A stretch of 45,905 nucleotides of DNA from a virus (taxonomy: Duplodnaviria; Heunggongvirae; Uroviricota; Caudoviricetes): the IMG/VR virus record IMGVR_UViG_643348547_000010, positions 1 through 45,905 of that record; one strand, written 5' to 3'. The stretch's first letter is position 1. Every line of letters begins with the position of its first letter. The translations under genes were made by a program, and so were the position numbers. Below, piece by piece: positions 37,382-44,654 of this stretch. Below the pieces are notes generated by a model. It had not been told where the DNA came from and did not search any database. It saw nothing but the letters and a program-made list of their open reading frames with translations.

Positions 37382-37726
37382 TCAGAACTCTTCGATGTTC
37401 CAGCCACCACCTGCTTTCTTTGGCTTAACCGTTACCCCGATGATTCGGAACGGATACTGATCTGCGGCGACTTTGGTTTTCACCCTGGCGTCGTCGGTCC
37501 AGAAACCTTTCACTTCGTGCAGTTCCATCTCTCCGGTGGCGAGCATCACAGCGAAATCTGGCGTATAGAACGTGTTGTCAGCTAACCGCAGCTTGATACC
37601 CTCGAATCGATACCAGGCGATTTCCCCTGCACGTTTACGCAGCTCAAGGTGCTGGCAATACGCAGATTCAGTTTTGTTCATCTGGCCTGTTTTGAGTCGA
37701 CCAAGAGCCTGTATCTGTTTTTTCAT
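37382..37726 (-). CDS. Small PD-(D/E)xK-like protein (DUF1064-like, possible resolvase/nuclease)
   Basis: 114 aa with D...E.K arrangement (FYTPDF ... ELHEVKG). Confidence 0.5.
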   Translation of the reverse strand: MKKQIQALGRLKTGQMNKTESAYCQHLELRKRAGEIAWYRFEGIKLRLADNTFYTPDFAVMLATGEMELHEVKGFWTDDARVKTKVAADQYPFRIIGVTVKPKKAGGGWNIEEF

Positions 37727-37728
37727 GA

Positions 37729-37745
37729 TTTACCTCTAAGGTAAT
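37729..37745. promoter_or_regulatory. Operator-like 17-bp palindrome (site O), overlapping RBS of 37382-37726 gene
   Basis: TTTACCTCTAAGGTAAT. Confidence 0.45.
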
Positions 37746-37790
37746 TAAAAACCACATAAGACACGAAATCAATAGATTTTAGAATATTTT

Positions 37791-37807
37791 ATTACCCGCC
37801 AGGTAAT
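37791..37807. promoter_or_regulatory. Operator-like 17-bp palindrome (site F)
   Basis: ATTACCCGCCAGGTAAT. Confidence 0.5.
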
Positions 37808-37843
37808 CATTGAAACGTAAAAAAATGCGCTATCGCGCTGGTA

Positions 37844-38626
37844 TTACTTGATAAATCCTGCCGCCTTTCCCCGCCTGTATTCCTCCATCAGCCACTGCGC
37901 CGGTGTTATTCCCCCCAGGGTGGCGGCGTTAGGCATGCACCCGAAACTTCGCCCTGGTGGATGGTAAACGTCTCTCCCTGTATCCGGAGGTGTACTCATG
38001 GGTTCTGGCTTTGCCTGTATGCTGATCACCGGATCGGGTATCTGCTGTCCGGAAGCCACCTTTTTCGCCCAATCATCGAGCAGCCTGCACGCGTGTTTCT
38101 CAACCTCAATCTCGCTAAGCTGGCGCTGATACATTGCACGGCGGGTATCACATACGACCCAGTACATAACCGGATGTCGCCACGGGAATCTTTCGGGACC
38201 ACCAGGATATAAACTTTTTTCCTTGCTGTACCGGTGAAACTCCGCCATCACATCGTCAATGGTGACGCCAAGAACCATCTTGCTGTCTTTACACCACTTG
38301 ATAAATTGCCCTGGCGACGGCCAGAACGGAGACTCACTGGCGCGGGCGTGGCGCATACCAGCGTTAACCTGTTCCATTGTTGTGATCCCATTCTCCAGAA
38401 ACGCAAGCATCCATTGTTTTCGAAATTCGTTTAGCTTTCCTTGCTCGCTGATAGCAGCGATGCTGCCTGGAAATGCAGCCTGTAACTGGACAAACATTTC
38501 GTTGAAAATTCTTGCAACCTGCTCCTTCTTTGCCCTTTCATCGTCAGCAGAAGCAACCGCCGTCGAGTGGTCATGCCCACCACGAAAGCGATCGTACTCA
38601 TTAAGAAGTTCTGGAGTTGATTTCAT
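37844..38626 (-). CDS. Replication protein P-like (helicase loader)
   Basis: Blocks ENGITTMEQVNAGMR and PFWPSPGQF closely match lambda P; start taken at MKSTPELL. Confidence 0.8.
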   Translation of the reverse strand: MKSTPELLNEYDRFRGGHDHSTAVASADDERAKKEQVARIFNEMFVQLQAAFPGSIAAISEQGKLNEFRKQWMLAFLENGITTMEQVNAGMRHARASESPFWPSPGQFIKWCKDSKMVLGVTIDDVMAEFHRYSKEKSLYPGGPERFPWRHPVMYWVVCDTRRAMYQRQLSEIEVEKHACRLLDDWAKKVASGQQIPDPVISIQAKPEPMSTPPDTGRDVYHPPGRSFGCMPNAATLGGITPAQWLMEEYRRGKAAGFIK

Positions 38627-39434
38627 CCCACACCTCATCTATCCAGTCAGTGTTATGCCAGTCAAGGCTCTTTCTGACTTCACCTGATTTCTGTCTACAG
38701 AACTGGATGCGCCTTGCCAGCTTCTGCTCCCACTGTGCCTGATGGTATGCCTTACCCTCAGCCATCCAGTAAATTCTGAACTCTGCAAGTTCCTGTGCCG
38801 TTGGCAGACTGTCCAGGTAGATTCCCTGCAATGAGCTTTTCCGAAGAAAGTCATCTGATGGCTGCCATTGTTCATGCATGACAAATTTGCCTAATTGCCC
38901 TGGCCCACCAGGAGGAACAAAGTTATTCATCACGGCGTTGTTTGCGCCGGGGTCATGAGGAACAGAATCCCCGGTTTTTGTCCTGCTCTCCCTCTCTTGG
39001 TTAAATGACTGGTTATATGACTGGTTCTGGATCCCGTTTTTGGGATCATTCAACATCCCGTTTTTGGGATCATTCAACATCCCGTTTTTGGGTATATTCC
39101 CGTTTTCGGTAACATTACCGTTTTCGGGTTCATTGCCCCCCTCCCGGTTGCCTTTAATGTTCCCGTTTTTGGTTATATTAAGAGAGAAAACCCGCACTCT
39201 TTTTGTCGCTCCCTTTCTCTCTCCGGTATCTGAAATAAGCCCCATTTTCATGAGCGATATAAGCCCGGCCTGCACGGTTTTTTTATTCAGGCAAGTGTCT
39301 TTAACGAGGCGTTCTATGCTGGGGTAGCAGAGGTTATATTCATCGGCTCTGTCAGCCATCGAGAGCAGTATGAGCTTTAATGATGAGCTACCTGGATCTG
39401 TCTCCCAGGCCCAATCTGTTGCATGTCTGCTCAT
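38601..39434 (-). CDS. Replication initiator O-like protein with internal ori iterons
   Basis: N-terminal winged-helix-like region (LKLILLSMADRADEYNLCYPSIERLVKD...), Asn/Gly-rich repeat region encoded by DNA iterons. Confidence 0.7.
   Translation of the reverse strand: MSRHATDWAWETDPGSSSLKLILLSMADRADEYNLCYPSIERLVKDTCLNKKTVQAGLISLMKMGLISDTGERKGATKRVRVFSLNITKNGNIKGNREGGNEPENGNVTENGNIPKNGMLNDPKNGMLNDPKNGIQNQSYNQSFNQERESRTKTGDSVPHDPGANNAVMNNFVPPGGPGQLGKFVMHEQWQPSDDFLRKSSLQGIYLDSLPTAQELAEFRIYWMAEGKAYHQAQWEQKLARRIQFCRQKSGEVRKSLDWHNTDWIDEVWDEINSRTS
39031..39176. repeat. Origin iterons inside the O-like gene
   Basis: ATCCCGTTTTTGGGATCATTCAAC repeated in tandem twice, followed by four degenerate CCCGTTTT(T/C)GG units. 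Confidence 0.6.
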
Positions 39435-39449
39435 GATTAATCTCCGCTA

Positions 39450-39650
39450 TCAGCTTGAGTGTTGTGGGGAGGAATTAATCATGATCTGCTTAATCTCTGC
39501 CCTGATGCGACGGTTTGATTCCATGGTGCACTCAACACAGTGTCCGTTGTAAACCCAGCGTTCACTGTCATGTCCATGCTTACATGGTTTTCCGGTGTAG
39601 TAGCGTTTAAGTCCGCGCTTTGCGGCATCAATACGTGTAATGATTTCCAT
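39450..39650 (-). CDS. Small zinc-ribbon-like protein (CII-position gene)
   Basis: Start at MEIITRIDAAKRGLKRYYTGKPCKHGH...CVEC; two Cys pairs. Confidence 0.45.
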   Translation of the reverse strand: MEIITRIDAAKRGLKRYYTGKPCKHGHDSERWVYNGHCVECTMESNRRIRAEIKQIMINSSPQHSS

Positions 39651-39729
39651 GGTAAGCCCTGTTATTAGTATTGGGATTACGGTCATTTTGTGCTGACACA
39701 AAAAAAAGATCAACCAGATTTGGTTTTTT

Positions 39730-39746
39730 ATTACCTTTGAGGTACG
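39730..39746. promoter_or_regulatory. Operator-like site (site G, weaker right half)
   Basis: ATTACCTTTGAGGTACG. Confidence 0.35.
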
Positions 39747-39756
39747 AATAGATATG

Positions 39757-39778
39757 AAAAGACCGCCGGGTGGCGGTC
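39757..39778 (-). terminator. Intrinsic terminator after Cro-like gene (tR1-like position)
   Basis: Minus-strand hairpin GACCGCC-ACCC-GGCGGTC followed by TTTT. Confidence 0.45.
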
Positions 39779-39800
39779 TACAGAGGGTTGTAGCTGGATA

Positions 39801-40031
39801 TCATGAGTAGAAGAAGTATGCCAGTTCTGCTTTTGAGCGCAGCCATTGTCTTGTTTTACAGGCTTTAAAAAGCCCATTCATCAATACCTTACCTGGCATT
39901 TTGCGCTTACCTGTTAAGTGAGTCTGGATATAGTGACTCGTCGTTCCGGCTTCCTGTGCGAAGGCTTCACGCTCATCCGGAGTAAGTGCAAGCCAGTGCT
40001 TTTTGAAATCGAAATGTCCGTTATCGCTCAT
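39801..40031 (-). CDS. Cro-like HTH regulator
   Basis: 76 aa; HTH-like segment LTPDEREAFAQEAGTTSHYIQTHLTGKR; first gene of leftward early operon, divergent from repressor. Confidence 0.6.
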   Translation of the reverse strand: MSDNGHFDFKKHWLALTPDEREAFAQEAGTTSHYIQTHLTGKRKMPGKVLMNGLFKACKTRQWLRSKAELAYFFYS

Positions 40032-40066
40032 AGCTATTGCCTGATATTTATTTCAGATAATAAATA

Positions 40067-40083
40067 TTCACCCATAAGGTAAC
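40067..40083. promoter_or_regulatory. Operator-like site H in the divergent immunity intergenic region
   Basis: TTCACCCATAAGGTAAC. Confidence 0.45.
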
Positions 40084-40097
40084 AAAAATCAAGGATA

Positions 40098-40114
40098 GTT
40101 ACCTACGGGGTGCA
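40098..40114. promoter_or_regulatory. Operator-like site I (degenerate right half)
   Basis: GTTACCTACGGGGTGCA. Confidence 0.35.
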
Positions 40115-40131
40115 TTTACCTGTTGGGTAAT
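40115..40131. promoter_or_regulatory. Operator-like site J
   Basis: TTTACCTGTTGGGTAAT. Confidence 0.5.
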
Positions 40132-40185
40132 ATTGCTTTAAATTGAATCATCTACTGATTCATATATGAGGCGATTTTCCAGAAA

Positions 40186-40770
40186 ATGAAAAGTATCCAG
40201 GACGTCCGCAGGCAAAATCTCAACGACTTGATCGACCGTGAATTCAATGGTGTTCAGACGCGGATGGCAGAAAAACTTGGAACTCAGGCAAATCTGGTAA
40301 ACCGCTGGGCTCTTGGCAAGAAGGTTATCGGCGACCAGGTTGCACGAAAAATTGAAGCTGCCGCCAATAAACCCCGTAACTGGCTTGATATTGATCGTTC
40401 GCTTTCTCAGGAGGGTTTTCAGCCTGTCGGCCCGAGCGATATAGGTCAGCTGGCGGCTCACAACCTGGAACGCTGGATGAGCGAAAGCCGCGACCTTTCA
40501 ACGCAGGGAAAACTTCACCGCGCATCCGGCGTCGCCCAGGTGACAATCAGTCGCCTGTTAAACAATGAGGTCAGCGTTTCCATTTCCACCCTGGAGAATG
40601 TTGCATCCGCATTCGGGCGTCACGGATATGAACTACTGATTCACCCGCACGACCCTGCGACTATCAACTATGACCGCTCGCGCTACGCATTGTTACCCGA
40701 AACCGAGAAAGCAAAGATCGAAAGTTACATTGAATTTGTCATCAACCAGAACGAAAAAAACAAACAATAA
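40186..40770 (+). CDS. Immunity repressor candidate: double-HTH DNA-binding protein without peptidase domain
   Basis: 194 aa; two Cro/C1-type HTH segments (QTRMAEKLGTQANLVNRWALGKK and VAQVTISRLLNNEVSVSISTLENVASAF); no Ser-Lys S24 motifs; own terminator. Confidence 0.65.
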   Translation: MKSIQDVRRQNLNDLIDREFNGVQTRMAEKLGTQANLVNRWALGKKVIGDQVARKIEAAANKPRNWLDIDRSLSQEGFQPVGPSDIGQLAAHNLERWMSESRDLSTQGKLHRASGVAQVTISRLLNNEVSVSISTLENVASAFGRHGYELLIHPHDPATINYDRSRYALLPETEKAKIESYIEFVINQNEKNKQ

Positions 40771-40791
40771 AATCATACTCTTCAGTAAGTA

Positions 40792-40814
40792 AGCCGCCTT
40801 CTGGCGGCTTTTTT
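40792..40814 (+). terminator. Intrinsic terminator after repressor gene
   Basis: AGCCGCCTTCTGGCGGCT followed by T6. Confidence 0.7.
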
Positions 40815-40826
40815 ATTGCCTATACT

Positions 40827-40843
40827 ATTACCTAATGGGTAAT
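40827..40843. promoter_or_regulatory. Operator-like site K
   Basis: ATTACCTAATGGGTAAT (both half-sites perfect). Confidence 0.5.
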
Positions 40844-40861
40844 TTTTTTAACTCATATCTA

Positions 40862-40890
40862 TTGACATCAAACCAAATACGCATAATTAT
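40862..40890 (+). promoter_or_regulatory. PL-like early promoter (TTGACA at 40862-40867, AT-rich -10 region)
   Basis: Consensus -35; site L begins 27 bp after the -35 start, as at the promoters at 10024 and 11040. Confidence 0.45.
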
Positions 40891-40905
40891 TACCTCAACG
40901 GTAAC
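40889..40905. promoter_or_regulatory. Operator-like site L
   Basis: ATTACCTCAACGGTAAC. Confidence 0.5.
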
Positions 40906-40923
40906 AGACCGAGGTAACAAGTT

Positions 40924-41076
40924 ATGCAGTGGAAAATCATCAACGGTTGGTACTGCGTTACTGCATGCGGATTCATGAGCTGGAAGTTCCGCACCTTACA
41001 GGAAGGCATTAAGTGGGCTTTCGTCAGCAAAGAAGCTCGCGATGTAGCCAACGATAACGAGATATGGGAGGGCTGA
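40924..41076 (+). CDS. Small hypothetical protein (first gene of rightward early operon)
   Basis: 50-codon ORF MQWKIINGWYCVTACGFMSWKF... with RBS GAGGTAA; not in the supplied track (below size cut-off). Confidence 0.35.
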   Translation: MQWKIINGWYCVTACGFMSWKFRTLQEGIKWAFVSKEARDVANDNEIWEG

Positions 41077-41078
41077 TA

Positions 41079-41378
41079 ATGAACGTTAATCAGCAGAAAA
41101 ATCTTCAAAAAATCATGCTGGCATTCGACAAGGACTACCGCCTGTCAGAACAGCTATATGACCGACAAGTTGAACTGATTGAGAGCATCCGACTTCATCA
41201 ACTGTCCTCAACTTTCGACGTTGTAACAGGCAAAGGCGTTCGTCAGGAAGTGCTGGAGGCTGCTAAAGACAGCCCTGAGTTCGAAGAACTGATGGATGCC
41301 TACCGGCGCGAGGCAATGGCAATTATAGCGCGCTGGGATCTGGCGGATCAGCTTGATGGACAGAGGGACGCGGCATGA
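41079..41378 (+). CDS. Hypothetical early protein
   Basis: Start at MNVNQQKNLQKIM...; stop overlaps next start (ATGA). Confidence 0.5.
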   Translation: MNVNQQKNLQKIMLAFDKDYRLSEQLYDRQVELIESIRLHQLSSTFDVVTGKGVRQEVLEAAKDSPEFEELMDAYRREAMAIIARWDLADQLDGQRDAA

Positions 41379-42196
41379 AACCGGGAATTTATTTCGACAT
41401 CAGCAACGAAGACTACCACGCCGGTGACGGCGTGAGTAAGTCGCAACTGGACATGGTTGCCAAGAATCCGGCGCTTCTTAAATGGGTTCAGGCAGCACCA
41501 GAAGACGAAGAGAAAAAGTCTGCACTGGATATGGGAACCGCATTGCACTGTCTGCTTCTGGAGCCTGGAGAATTCGACAAACGCTTCATTGTTTCACCGA
41601 AGTTCGATCGTCGGACGAAACAAGGTAAAGCTGACGAAGAAGCATTTCTTCGTGATGTAGCGGATATGGGGATTACGGTACTTGATGCCGAGCAGTGGCG
41701 GAAACTGGAGCTGATGCGTGATAGCGCAATGGCTCACCCGGCGGCACGCTGGATGCTGGAAGCACCTGGTTACTGCGAAGCATCAATGTACTGGAACGAT
41801 GAAGAGACGGGTGAGTTGTGCCGAATTCGTCCAGACAAATGGCTGAACGAGCACAACGTGATCGTCGACGTGAAAAAGGTTGCAGATATGGACCGTTTTG
41901 CACGTCACATCGAGGAATTCCGCTACCACGTGCAGGACGCAATGTACCGCGAAGGCGCAATGAGGGTTACTGGTCAGCCGCATGGTTTTTTCTTTCTTGC
42001 CGTGAGCGAAAGCATTGATTGTGGTCGGTATCCGGTACGCGTGTTCGGGCTGGATGCGCCGGATGTCGATGCCGGGCACGCTCTGTTCCGCCGGGATCTG
42101 AATACCTATCACGAATGCCGCATCAGCGATGAATGGGGCGGCGTGGAAATTATTAAACGCCCTGAGTGGGCACGCAAACAGGATATGTACGTATGA
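41375..42196 (+). CDS. PD-(D/E)xK exonuclease (RecE/YqaJ-like recombination exonuclease)
   Basis: 273 aa; N-terminal ISNEDYHAGDGVSKSQL pattern; coupled to the RecT gene. Confidence 0.7.
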   Translation: MKPGIYFDISNEDYHAGDGVSKSQLDMVAKNPALLKWVQAAPEDEEKKSALDMGTALHCLLLEPGEFDKRFIVSPKFDRRTKQGKADEEAFLRDVADMGITVLDAEQWRKLELMRDSAMAHPAARWMLEAPGYCEASMYWNDEETGELCRIRPDKWLNEHNVIVDVKKVADMDRFARHIEEFRYHVQDAMYREGAMRVTGQPHGFFFLAVSESIDCGRYPVRVFGLDAPDVDAGHALFRRDLNTYHECRISDEWGGVEIIKRPEWARKQDMYV

Positions 42197-43110
42197 GCAA
42201 CGAAATTGCAATCACCAATGATGTGTTGGCTATTCGGGGAATCGATGAAGTTACATGGAGCGCTCTGAAAAACAGTATTTACCCTGGGGCAAAAGATGAA
42301 TCGGTAATGATGGCAGTCGATTACTGCCGGGCGCGTCAACTCGATCCTCTTCTTAAGCCGGTACACCTGGTACCAATGAGTGTTAAAGACTCGAAGAGTG
42401 GAAAGAATGAATGGCGCGACGTGGTCATGCCTGGCATTGGACTTTATCGCATTCAGGCCTACCGTTCCGGCGATTACGCAGGCGCTAATGAACCTGAGTT
42501 CGGTCCAGATGTAACACAAACGCTTTCAGGAGTGGAGGTTACCTTCCCTCAGTGGTGTAAGTACACCGTCAGCAAGCGAATGGCAAGCGGGGAAATCGTA
42601 GAGTTTAGCGCCAAAGAATACTGGATTGAGAACTATGCAACTGGGGGGCGTGACACATCGGCACCAAATGCCATGTGGAAAAAGCGCCCTTATGCGCAGT
42701 TGGCAAAATGCGCAGAGGCACAGGCATTACGTAAAGCATGGCCGGAGATTGGTCAACAAGCCACAGCTGAGGAAATGGAAGGTAAATATATCGACTCACC
42801 TGACATTATTGAACGTGACGTAACTCCAAGAAGTCAGGCAAAGCACGGCACAGCATCCAGCATGAACAGTCTGATCAACGCTAAAACAGTGAAAAAGCCT
42901 GATGAGCAAACGCGTAAAGCGGATAGCCGTGATCCAGAAGAAATGCTGATGGCCTTTACCAGCGCAGCGATGAATTACAGCACTGTCTCCGAACTGGATA
43001 AGGCTTACAAATACATTGCACAAAAACTTTCAGATGATGACGAACTGCTGGCAAAAGCCACCGACGTTTACAGCGTTCGTCGGGAAGAATTAAACGAAAC
43101 ATCTATGTAA
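42193..43110 (+). CDS. RecT-family single-strand annealing protein
   Basis: Start at MSNEIAITNDV...; block YPGAKDESVMMAVDYCRARQLDPLLKPVHLVPM typical of RecT family. Confidence 0.75.
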   Translation: MSNEIAITNDVLAIRGIDEVTWSALKNSIYPGAKDESVMMAVDYCRARQLDPLLKPVHLVPMSVKDSKSGKNEWRDVVMPGIGLYRIQAYRSGDYAGANEPEFGPDVTQTLSGVEVTFPQWCKYTVSKRMASGEIVEFSAKEYWIENYATGGRDTSAPNAMWKKRPYAQLAKCAEAQALRKAWPEIGQQATAEEMEGKYIDSPDIIERDVTPRSQAKHGTASSMNSLINAKTVKKPDEQTRKADSRDPEEMLMAFTSAAMNYSTVSELDKAYKYIAQKLSDDDELLAKATDVYSVRREELNETSM

Positions 43111-43159
43111 CCACCACCGCGGCGCCACGTGCGCCGCACTGCAACCAAGAGAGGTATTC

Positions 43160-43408
43160 ATGAAAGGTGCATTAGGTAAGAAGGAACTCCTGGCGGTGGT
43201 GCCACTGTCATGGAGCACTATCGACCGTATGGAGCGCGCAGGGGAATTTCCTAAACGCTGGTATATCACCGATAAACGCTGCGCATGGAACCGTGATGAA
43301 GTTGAGCGTTGGCTTGATGAACGTCAGGCAGCAAGCCCGGCAGAGTTCCAGGGTAAAAAGCCTCCTGTTCAGCAACGTGTATATCGTCCCGTGAGCAACG
43401 CTGCATGA
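43160..43408 (+). CDS. AlpA/Xis-like HTH protein (excisionase or regulator)
   Basis: 82 aa; LSWSTIDRMERAGEFPKRWYITDKRCAWNRDEVERWL matches AlpA-type pattern. Confidence 0.7.
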   Translation: MKGALGKKELLAVVPLSWSTIDRMERAGEFPKRWYITDKRCAWNRDEVERWLDERQAASPAEFQGKKPPVQQRVYRPVSNAA

Positions 43409-43517
43409 GTGCGCTGCTAAGGCACTGGAGCAAATGGTCAGGATGGTACTTATTCCTGGCCTCTGTTTCAGCATGGCTTTATCTGCTGGCATTAATTTTC
43501 AGAGAGGGTTGGATTAA

Positions 43518-43817
43518 GTGAGAAAGTTAAGCCGACTTGAAAAATATAACATGAACAAGGTTTCAGTGCGCAGTCCGTCAAAGATTGTCGCCGTTACTCC
43601 TGCGGCGATAGAGATCGAAAAACGCGCGATTGAAAGAGAGAAAAAAGGGCAATTCCGCATTGCCGCTCACCTTTGGCTTCAGTGTATGGATGTTGCTTCT
43701 GGTGATGTTGAACGTGCAAGGATCGCGGTTCGCAGGGACCAATGTATCACAAAAGGTAACGGCCTTCGCCGTGGCGACTATAACGGCATAGGATGTTGTG
43801 GGGTGGTTTATGACTAA
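43518..43817 (+). CDS. Small regulator-like protein (PerC/ANR-like pattern)
   Basis: 99-aa ORF with GTG start and GAGGG RBS; motif FRIAAHLWLQCMDVAS...ERARIAVRRDQC. Confidence 0.4.
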   Translation: MRKLSRLEKYNMNKVSVRSPSKIVAVTPAAIEIEKRAIEREKKGQFRIAAHLWLQCMDVASGDVERARIAVRRDQCITKGNGLRRGDYNGIGCCGVVYD

Positions 43818-44460
43818 GAAATACACACTAATCTATGCAGATCCACCCTGGGTATACCGGGACAAAGCCGCAGATGGTAATCGCGGTGCCGGTTTTAAAT
43901 ATCCGGTTATGAGTGTGCTGGATATCTGCCGCCTTCCTGTGTGGGATTTGACCGCTGAAAACTGTCTGTTGGCCATGTGGTGGGTGCCAACACAACCACT
44001 CGAAGCACTAAAAGTTGTTGAAGCCTGGGGATTTCGTCTGATGACGATGAAGGGCTTCACGTGGATAAAATGTGGTAGTCGACAACCAGATAAACTGGTT
44101 ATGGGTATGGGACACATGACTCGCGCCAATAGTGAAGATTGCCTGTTTGCGGTAAAGGGAAAACTACCTACGCGCATTAATGCAGGGATCGTTCAGTCAT
44201 TTACCGCACCGCGGCTTGAGCATTCAAGAAAGCCAGATATCGTTCGTGAAAAACTTGTGCAATTATTAGGCGATGTTTCTCGCATTGAACTGTTCGCCCG
44301 CCAGACGTCTCATGGCTTCGATGTTTGGGGTAATCAGTGCGAAGACCCGGCAGTGCAACTACACCCTGGATACGCGTTGGATATTGGCGGATTAACAAAT
44401 GCATTCAGCAATGCTCCGCTGTCACCAACAGACATCCAGGGGCGGGAGCGTGCTGCATGA
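43810..44460 (+). CDS. DNA N6-adenine methyltransferase, MT-A70 family
   Basis: Catalytic DPPW motif (LIYADPPWVY); start at ATG 43810 overlapping upstream stop. Confidence 0.8.
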   Translation: MTKKYTLIYADPPWVYRDKAADGNRGAGFKYPVMSVLDICRLPVWDLTAENCLLAMWWVPTQPLEALKVVEAWGFRLMTMKGFTWIKCGSRQPDKLVMGMGHMTRANSEDCLFAVKGKLPTRINAGIVQSFTAPRLEHSRKPDIVREKLVQLLGDVSRIELFARQTSHGFDVWGNQCEDPAVQLHPGYALDIGGLTNAFSNAPLSPTDIQGRERAA

Positions 44461-44651
44461 ACAGGGCATCACCAGCAGATTTAAGAAAATGCCTTGAAAC
44501 TGCAAACATGCTTGCACACAGCGGGATCAGGTTTGTTCCAATTCCCGCTGTCACTGATGCTGAATTTGCAACACTGTCAGCAATATTCGAAAACAAAATT
44601 GAATCACTGGCAGCAGAAGCAGAGATGGAAGAAAATCAGCAGAACTATTAA
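44457..44651 (+). CDS. Small hypothetical protein coupled to the methyltransferase
   Basis: 64 aa; ATG overlaps the methyltransferase stop (ATGA). Confidence 0.45.
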   Translation: MNRASPADLRKCLETANMLAHSGIRFVPIPAVTDAEFATLSAIFENKIESLAAEAEMEENQQNY

Positions 44652-44654
44652 ACG

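Noticed and set aside
39031-39176. CRISPR array
   Set aside because: Repeats are short iterons inside the O-like coding sequence with no spacer structure; no CRISPR-like array seen anywhere in the window.
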